Below, one piece after another: positions 58,047-64,000 of a stretch of 64,000 nt of DNA. The stretch is from an uncultured bacterium (GTDB taxonomy: Bacteria; Abyssobacteria; SURF-5), in assembly GCA_964607485.1 (NCBI GenBank), contig CAZSKP010000001.1, positions 64,001-128,000 on the forward strand. The letters run 5' to 3'. A program made the translations under genes and the position numbers. How positions within the stretch are numbered: position 1 is the first letter of the stretch; every line of letters begins with the position of its first letter. The notes under the pieces were generated by a model. That model saw nothing but the letters and a program-made list of their open reading frames with translations, was not told where the DNA came from and did no database searches.

Positions 58047-58572
58047 GATATTCTTCTTAGTCATCGGAGCGGGGCTTCTCGCGCTGGCGGCCTGGTTGGG
58101 AAAAAGGCGGGACAAGGAGGAAGACCGCCGTGCGCCGAGGCAGATTGTGTCGGGCCTGTCCGGCGGCAATGCCGTCAAGCTCCAGACCTCGCTCACGGAA
58201 TTGCTCAACGAATTGCACACGCTCAGCCGGGATATGACGGTCGACCTCGAGCAGAAGCTGTCAGAGTTAAAGGAATTGCTTCAATTGGCCGATACGAAGC
58301 TTGAGGAACTTTCGTCGGCCAACAGCAGAGGACGATACATGGGCAATTCACCGGCCAGACAGCGAGCGGACGGAGACAGTCTCCCAAAACCGTCCGAACC
58401 GGAACTCGAAATCACCGTAGAAGACAACGATGCTCCATCCCCGCCCCCCAATCGATATCAGCAGATATATCAGATGGCAGACGAAGGGTTCCGCCTCGAC
58501 GACATCGCCCGGCATGTGCAGATGGGCAAGGGCGAGATTCAGCTTATCTTGAGCCTCCGAAAAAAGGACTGA
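58033..58572 (+). CDS. Membrane-anchored coiled-coil protein with C-terminal HTH-like motif (flagellar-cluster associated)
   Basis: N-terminal TM, heptads, IARHVQMGKGEIQLILSL. Confidence 0.75.
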   Translation: MRFFEIFFLVIGAGLLALAAWLGKRRDKEEDRRAPRQIVSGLSGGNAVKLQTSLTELLNELHTLSRDMTVDLEQKLSELKELLQLADTKLEELSSANSRGRYMGNSPARQRADGDSLPKPSEPELEITVEDNDAPSPPPNRYQQIYQMADEGFRLDDIARHVQMGKGEIQLILSLRKKD

Positions 58573-58577
58573 ACCTC

Positions 58578-60128
58578 ATGCCCGTCCGTTTCCCCGGCGA
58601 ACTCCCCCTTGAACCGATGACCGATTCCACCGCTCGCGGTCTCTCCGGGCTCAGGCACGGAGAGCTGTTGACCGGAAAAGTGACGCGCGTCGATGCCGAC
58701 GGCAGGGCCGCCGTCAGGTTCGCCGATTTCGAGGTGCAGACCCGTGCGAACAGCCTTCTCCAGGCCGGAACGAGGGTGTTTGCGCACGTGCAAAAGAACC
58801 GCGACGAAACTCTCCTCACACTGCTGCCCAATACGAGAGAAGGCGACATTCTCACCGGCGACCTTGTCTCATCCCGTTCATCCGAGAGCCTCGCCCGATT
58901 CGGCGAATCCGAGCTCAGAGTCCGCCTTCCGTCCTCGGAAGCTGCGTTGCCGGAGGGAGCGTCCGTCCGGGCGCAGGTGCAGGTGTCGGCGGGCAGGCCC
59001 GTCCTTCAGGCGCTGCCGGGAGGAGCCTCGCAGACGGTTGTAAGCGGAACCGTCGTGAGCGTGCGGGAGGATGGAAGCATACTGCTCGACGTCGAAGGAA
59101 CGGCCCTGATTGCAAACGGGGCGGAGGGCTTGAAAGCGGGCGACAGCGTGCAGGCGGCGGTGCGGGAGGCTGACGGCAAGCTGCTCCTGCAGGTCTTGCC
59201 CCAGACACCTTCTTCCGAGCAGGCGGCGCCCGCACTCGGAGGGGAAATCGGGGAACTGCTCGGGAAATTTCTCGCCATGCCGCAGTATGCCCGACTGCTG
59301 GAGGCATTCCTCTCCGGCGAGCTCAAGCTCGACGGCGCCGGCCGCGACCTGCTGTTGCTTCTTCAGCAACTGGCAGGAGGAACCGAGGCCGACAGGGCCG
59401 AATGGGCCTCGACCCTCGCCCGGACGCTCGAGACAATTCTCCTCAATCCGCAAGGGGAAGGTTTCACGGGGCAGGTGGGCGACGCAATCACCAACTCGGG
59501 CATCTTTCTCGAATCGCGCCTCGCGCAGGCGGCGCTTTCGCAGGAGCTTGACCCTGCCATATCGGGCGACCTGAAGCTTGCGCTCCTTCTCGCCGACCAG
59601 AAGCTCTCGCAGATGCTTCAAGCCGCCGGCGCGAAGGGCACAGAGCTGCCTCCCCATCTCGCCGAGATAGCGGCGAAGGTCGGCCAGCTTCTCGACGCGG
59701 TGACAGCGGGGCAGTTCCTGAACGTCCGCATGCTTCCCTCGCAGCAGATATATATCCAACTCCCGTTTTCCGGAGGAGCCGAGCTCGACCGCGTGGAGAT
59801 TCGAATCTCGCCGCGCGAAAAAGGCGGCTCCCGCAAGATCGACCCAAGAAATGTGTTGCTCACGCTGGCCGTCACGACCTCAAAGCTCGGCCGAATAAAG
59901 GCCGCGCTCTCCATAATCGACGGGCAGATAAGCTGCCAGTTCAAGGCCTCCCGCGAATCGGTCGTGGAGCTTCTTACCAGCAACGCCGACGCTCTCAGGA
60001 GCGGCCTTGAAAAGCTGCATTACCGGGTCGCGCACATCGGCTGCACGATGAGCGGCGACGAGCGCGACCTCTCGCTTTTCGACGAGCCGGCCGCATTCCC
60101 TCAGGAAGGACTCGATGTGCGAATATGA
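58578..60128 (+). CDS. FliK-like hook-length control family protein
   Basis: SGIFLES motif, C-terminal LxVxTxxLGxI..I.CQF, GLDVRI end; adjacent to a FlhB-C-like gene. Confidence 0.72.
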   Translation: MPVRFPGELPLEPMTDSTARGLSGLRHGELLTGKVTRVDADGRAAVRFADFEVQTRANSLLQAGTRVFAHVQKNRDETLLTLLPNTREGDILTGDLVSSRSSESLARFGESELRVRLPSSEAALPEGASVRAQVQVSAGRPVLQALPGGASQTVVSGTVVSVREDGSILLDVEGTALIANGAEGLKAGDSVQAAVREADGKLLLQVLPQTPSSEQAAPALGGEIGELLGKFLAMPQYARLLEAFLSGELKLDGAGRDLLLLLQQLAGGTEADRAEWASTLARTLETILLNPQGEGFTGQVGDAITNSGIFLESRLAQAALSQELDPAISGDLKLALLLADQKLSQMLQAAGAKGTELPPHLAEIAAKVGQLLDAVTAGQFLNVRMLPSQQIYIQLPFSGGAELDRVEIRISPREKGGSRKIDPRNVLLTLAVTTSKLGRIKAALSIIDGQISCQFKASRESVVELLTSNADALRSGLEKLHYRVAHIGCTMSGDERDLSLFDEPAAFPQEGLDVRI

Positions 60129-60424
60129 CGCGAGATAACGAGGAAAAACCCGCCGCCGAACTCCCTCAGAGGGCGGTGGCGCTGCGGTATAACCGGGACA
60201 AGGAACAGGCTCCTAGAATCGTTGCGAAAGGGAGCGGATACCTTGCCGAGCGCATAATCGAGGTGGCCCGCGCCCACGGCGTCACCATCTATGAAGACAA
60301 AGAATTGATCGAACTCCTTTCCCGAATAGAGCTTTACCAGGTGATTCCGGTGGAGCTCTACCAGATTATCGCCGAAGTGCTCGCCTTCGTGTATCGCCTC
60401 AACAAAGACGCCCTCAAACTGTAG
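60125..60424 (+). CDS. Stand-alone FlhB C-terminal-like (EscU/YscU/HrcU) protein
   Basis: AVALRY...AP.IVAKG.G.LAERII, IP.ELY..IAEVLAFVY. Confidence 0.93.
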   Translation: MTRDNEEKPAAELPQRAVALRYNRDKEQAPRIVAKGSGYLAERIIEVARAHGVTIYEDKELIELLSRIELYQVIPVELYQIIAEVLAFVYRLNKDALKL

Positions 60425-60764
60425 CGCCCGCCGGCCCCGCCTCGGTGGAAAACCCCGAAAAGAGGCATCGGCGGTCTTTTTTGAGGCCGGATTCCTGAAA
60501 AAAAGCATTTCCCCAATTCCAGCGGCTTTATTGGTCATGCCATAACATTTTTATTGACAATGAGTTATGATTTAGGCCCCCCAATTGAGGGTCCTGGCAA
60601 GGTTCTTGCCATGTTATATGGATGAAAGTCCGAAAGTTGGCACGAAGTTATGGAGGAGGATGAGGCCGGAGGCGGTCGCCTCCATCGAAAAAGGCGCGTG
60701 GCTCTCAGAAACTCAGTTCACCGCTGATACAAAGTCTTCTTAAGAATCCAGTAAGATATGTGAG

Positions 60765-61043
60765 GTGAGCGAGACCATGCGAGCCATGATAATCGTGGCC
60801 ATAATCCTCGGCGTGCTGGCCGGCATTTACCTGTACGTGATGGCGCTTTGCTATCTCTGCGACGTGTATGAACAAAAGAAACTGGCCAAACAGGAAGCCG
60901 AAGAGAAGAGACGCAGGGAAGATCTCAAGCGCATCATCGAGGAGACGGAGATGAGGCGCAGGGCGGAAATGGAACGGCGGAAGAAGGTAGCCGAAGAGCG
61001 CAGGCGACGGGGGCCAATAAGGGCCGGGAAGACATTCGCATAG
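60765..61043 (+). CDS. Hypothetical single-TM protein with charged helix
   Basis: Hydrophobic N-terminus followed by an E/K/R-rich tract. Confidence 0.6.
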   Translation: MSETMRAMIIVAIILGVLAGIYLYVMALCYLCDVYEQKKLAKQEAEEKRRREDLKRIIEETEMRRRAEMERRKKVAEERRRRGPIRAGKTFA

Positions 61044-61073
61044 GTCGATGGCGCGGCATGTAGGACGACCTTG

Positions 61074-61102
61074 TTGCCTTTGACGCCAAAAAATGATAAG
61101 AT
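61074..61102 (+). promoter_or_regulatory. Putative sigma70 promoter with no long downstream ORF
   Basis: TTGCCT-N17-TAAGAT with TGn extension. Confidence 0.5.
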
Positions 61103-61108
61103 AACAAT

Positions 61109-61436
61109 GGATTATAGCGATAGAATGTTTGACAACCATTATACCGAAGGAGAAAGGCAAGACCGAGGGAATCAAAAGAAAATGATTTTGCGGGCAGCCT
61201 AAAATGGTGTGGGTGGACGGTGGGCGCCGGTCACCGGGGACGGCTGGCGCCTATGCCCGCAAAAGATGGTTTTTCGGGAAAGGTATTCCGTACCTCCTAA
61301 AATAACAACAAACGGGAGTCCCGCGTGCCAGTCGGAATCCTTTCCCGAATTTTTTGTTTTTTGTCAGGGAGTGGCAAAGGAAGAAGAGAGATAGGGACAA
61401 GCGGCGGCCCGAGATGCGGGCCGCTCTTTTTTATTT
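61109..61436 (+). ncRNA. Candidate structured small RNA
   Basis: Promoter, two long stems whose G-U pairs favour the + strand, U tract, terminal GC hairpin plus U tract. Confidence 0.4.
61404..61436 (+). terminator. Intrinsic terminator
   Basis: GCGGCCC-GAGATGC-GGGCCGC-TCTTTTTTATTT. Confidence 0.75.
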
Positions 61437-61952
61437 CAAGCGCGACGTCTCGAGGTAGCGCCGGGGCAGCGTCTGGTAGAGCTCGGTCGCGAACGTCCAC
61501 AGTTGCTCCTGCTCGGGAGTCACGTCGCCCACGATTTTTCCCGGAACCCCCATCACGATCTTCTTGGCCGGCACCTGCATCCTCGGAGGCACGACACAGC
61601 CGCTGCCGATGATGCAGCCGTCTCCGATGTCGGCGAAATCCTGTATGACCGCGTTCATGCCCACGAGCACGTGCTCGTGTAATATGACACCGTGCAGCAC
61701 CGAGCCGTGGCCGACGTGACTGTTCGGGCCCAGTCGCACGGTGAAATCGGGCCGGGCGTGGATGATGCAGTTGTCCTGCACGTTCGAGCCGTCGCCCACC
61801 TCGATGTCGCACCAGTCGGCCCTCAGCCGCGCGCCGGGTCCGATAAAGCAGTTTTTCCCGATCTTCACTCCTCCGATGAGCGTGGCCTCCGGATGAACAA
61901 ACGAACCGTCGCCAACGTCCGGCGTCTTTCCCTCGAATTCGTATATGGGCAT
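61431..61952 (-). CDS. Gamma-carbonic anhydrase family hexapeptide-repeat protein
   Basis: LRAD, SNVQDNCIIH, VGH..VLHG, IVMGVPGK. Confidence 0.92.
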   Translation of the reverse strand: MPIYEFEGKTPDVGDGSFVHPEATLIGGVKIGKNCFIGPGARLRADWCDIEVGDGSNVQDNCIIHARPDFTVRLGPNSHVGHGSVLHGVILHEHVLVGMNAVIQDFADIGDGCIIGSGCVVPPRMQVPAKKIVMGVPGKIVGDVTPEQEQLWTFATELYQTLPRRYLETSRLK

Positions 61953-61980
61953 GGACTTTTCCTTTCGATGAAAAGGGCGC

Positions 61981-62164
61981 AGGTCTAGAGGGCGTGTTGC
62001 CAAAACCATTAGGGGTCATTGCGAGGGAGGGTCAAAAACCCGACCGAAGCAATCTCGGAGACGTTCTCTCCACATTATCGGGATTGCTTCGTCGCCTTGC
62101 TCCTCGCAATGACGAGTCAGATAACAATGTGAGAAGCCATTTGGGCAACACGCCTTCTAGACCT
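61981..62164. mobile_element. MITE-like element with terminal inverted repeats and an internal REP-like palindrome
   Basis: AGGTCTAGAGGGCGTGTTGCCAAA ... TTGGGCAACACGCCTTCTAGACCT (24 bp, 2 mismatches). Confidence 0.7.
62015..62113. repeat. GTCATTGCGAG...CTCGCAATGAC palindromic repeat
   Basis: Outer arms GTCATTGCGAGG/CCTCGCAATGAC; inner arms CGAAGCAATCTC/GGGATTGCTTCG. Confidence 0.8.
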
Positions 62165-62183
62165 GACCCCCTCGCCGCTCGCG

Positions 62184-62891
62184 TTACGTCAGCTTGTACT
62201 CCTCGCCCGGGCTGAGGGTGACGACCTTTACGTCGGGCGCTTTCTCTTTCGCCAGCTTCACGAAGCCGCCCGCGTCGGGCTCCAGTATGGGGAACGTCTG
62301 ATAGTGCATCGGAATGACGGCCTTGGGCTTGAGCAGCGTGAGCGCGTGCGCCGCCTGGTACGGGTCCATCGTGAAACAGCTCCCGACAGGCAAGAGCGCG
62401 AGGTCGAGCTTGTACATCTCGCCCAGCGTCGCCATCGTGCCAAAGATGCCCGTGTCGCCCGCGTGATAAATCCTCTTGCCGTTCTCCAGCGTGACGATGA
62501 AGCCGGACGGGTTGCCCGTCGCCGACGAGTGGAACGCCTGCGTCATCGTCACCTTGATGCCGTCGAGTGTGGCCGTGCCGCCGATGTTCATCCCGAAGCC
62601 GCCGTTGACGACCTGCTCCGGCGGGATGCCCATCTCGCCCTGCAGCTTGGCCATCGTTTCGACGAGCCCGACGAGCGTCGCCTTCGTGCTCTGCGCTATC
62701 TCGACCGCCTGGCCCATGTGGTCGAAATGGTCGTGCGTGATGAGGATGTAGTCGATGTCCTTGACATCCGAGAGCGGCGTGACGCACGAGGGGTTGCCCT
62801 CGAACCATGGATCGATGAGTATCTTCTTTCCGTTCGCGCTCGTTATCTCGAAATTGGCGTGTCCGTGCCACTTCACGATTACGTCGCCCAT
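62184..62891 (-). CDS. Metallo-beta-lactamase-fold hydrolase (UPF0173 type)
   Basis: WHGHA, IDPW, THDHFDH, AFHSS, YHAGDT, IPMHY.TFP. Confidence 0.93.
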   Translation of the reverse strand: MGDVIVKWHGHANFEITSANGKKILIDPWFEGNPSCVTPLSDVKDIDYILITHDHFDHMGQAVEIAQSTKATLVGLVETMAKLQGEMGIPPEQVVNGGFGMNIGGTATLDGIKVTMTQAFHSSATGNPSGFIVTLENGKRIYHAGDTGIFGTMATLGEMYKLDLALLPVGSCFTMDPYQAAHALTLLKPKAVIPMHYQTFPILEPDAGGFVKLAKEKAPDVKVVTLSPGEEYKLT

Positions 62892-63153
62892 TTCAAACCT
62901 CCTGTGTTTTCAAACCGACGATTGTGCTTGGAACCATCTGAGGAGACAAAGCCGAGGACAGGCGCAATTATAACAGAGCGAGATGGTGAATTCAAAGCAG
63001 GGTTGCAGAACCACAGACTGGACGAGTTAAGTATACAACTAGCCTTCTTCCCAAACACTAACAGGATCTGGTAGAGTGCTTGGTTGGAACGAAGCGGAGG
63101 CGTAGCCGTAGCGGAGTTCCAACCGGCGCGTGAGCCAGGGGAAGGAGGAACAG

Positions 63154-64000
63154 ATGACGGTAGCGGAGAAGAAGGTCGTTCGACAGCGGTTGAGCGTGCT
63201 CGAGCTTTCCGAGGCGCTCGGCAACGTCTCGGAGGCGTGCCGCAGGAGGGGAATCTCACGGACGCAGTTCTACGAGTACAAGCGTCGGTTTCAAACCCAC
63301 GGGATCGCGGGCCTGAAGGACCTGCCGCCGATCCACAAGACGCATCCGCAGACCACGCCGCCCGAGGTCGTGGAGCAGATACTTTCCCTCTCGCTTTCCA
63401 ATCCAATGTGGGGCTGTGTGCGCTTGAGCAATCAGCTCAGGCTCGTGGGTATCTCCGTCTCCAGTCCGACGATCCAGAACATTCTGATCAAGCACGAGAT
63501 GGGCTCGCGCTACCAGCGGCTTCTCAAGCTCGAAGAGAGCGCCGTGAAAGAGAAGAGCGAACTCACGCCCGAGCAGGTGAGGGCGATCGAGAAGGCCAAT
63601 CCCTGCTTTAAGGAGCGTCACGTGGAAAGCGCGCGTCCGGGCGAACTGTTGAGCCAGGACACGTTCTTTGTGGGTCAGCTGAAGGGCGTGGGCAAGGTAT
63701 ATCTGCAGGCCGTGGTCGAGACCTTCGGCAGCTATGCGTTCGGCTACCTGCATACGGGCAAGCTTCCCGAGCATGCGGCGGCGGTGCTTCACAACGACGT
63801 GCTCCCGCAGTACGAGCAGTGGGAGATCGAGGTGGGGGCCGTTCTGACTGACAACGGCCGGGAATACTGCGGCACGGAGCATCATCCGTACGAGCTCTAC
63901 CTTGCCCTGAATGACATCGAGCACAGGACGACGAAGGTGAAGCGGCCACAGACAAACGGGTTTGTTGAACGGTTCAACCGGACCGCGCTCGATGAGTTCT
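63154..64000 (+). mobile_element. IS481-family transposase (3'-truncated by window edge; absent from the ORF track)
   Basis: SD GGAGG, then MTVAEKKVVRQRLSVLELSEALGNVSEACRRRGISRTQFY (HTH); DDE core QDTF, TDNGREYC, PQTNGFVERFNRT. Confidence 0.93.

Noticed and set aside
60620-60640. GAAAGTCC resembling the RNase P P4 motif
   Set aside because: It lacks the preceding GAG and no partner AACAGAA-type 3' motif or closing stem was found.
61107-61202. tmRNA, suggested by the short ORF ending in LRAA-stop
   Set aside because: No tRNA-like GGGG 5' end, T-arm or CCA end is nearby.
1-64000. CRISPR array, cas genes, tRNA, rRNA, recognisable anti-phage defence genes
   Set aside because: No regularly spaced repeats, cloverleafs or matching motifs were seen by eye.

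Overview
A GC-rich bacterial chromosome segment, probably from an anaerobic, flagellated lineage; the taxon cannot be fixed from the sequence alone. It has five blocks. (1) 1-13184: a co-oriented cluster of 3 histidine kinases and 8 receiver domains, none with a DNA-binding output inside the window. It also holds two divergent SLC13/DASS-like transporters (one fused to an N-terminal receiver), two receiver-CBS proteins and a tandem-domain DsrC/TusE-like protein. This is the best candidate for an undescribed system: a phosphorelay-gated, possibly sulfur/energy-sensing anion transport module. (2) 13218-34800: an accessory region with two sulfatases, an anaerobic sulfatase maturase, a TAXI-TRAP transporter, a hydrolase, a methyltransferase, a class III aminotransferase, a FecR/propeller/ZU5-like plus ankyrin gene pair, a sulfatase remnant and a low-GC membrane glycosyltransferase-like gene. 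(3) 34958-48400: small proteins, a PilZ pair and a housekeeping run (infC-rpmI-rplT-hisA-tyrA-tmk-holB-ricT-metG-tatD/rSAM-trpS-scpA-yraN). The run has an L20 leader, an ATA start for infC and a Tmk insertion resembling a beta-clamp motif. (4) 48678-60424: a flagellar export/motor cluster (fliQ to fliA, FliK-like, FlhB-C-like). (5) 60500-64000: a candidate structured sRNA, a nested MITE/REP-like element and a truncated IS481 transposase. No CRISPR array, rRNA or tRNA was seen. All calls come from reading motifs by eye; no searches were run.
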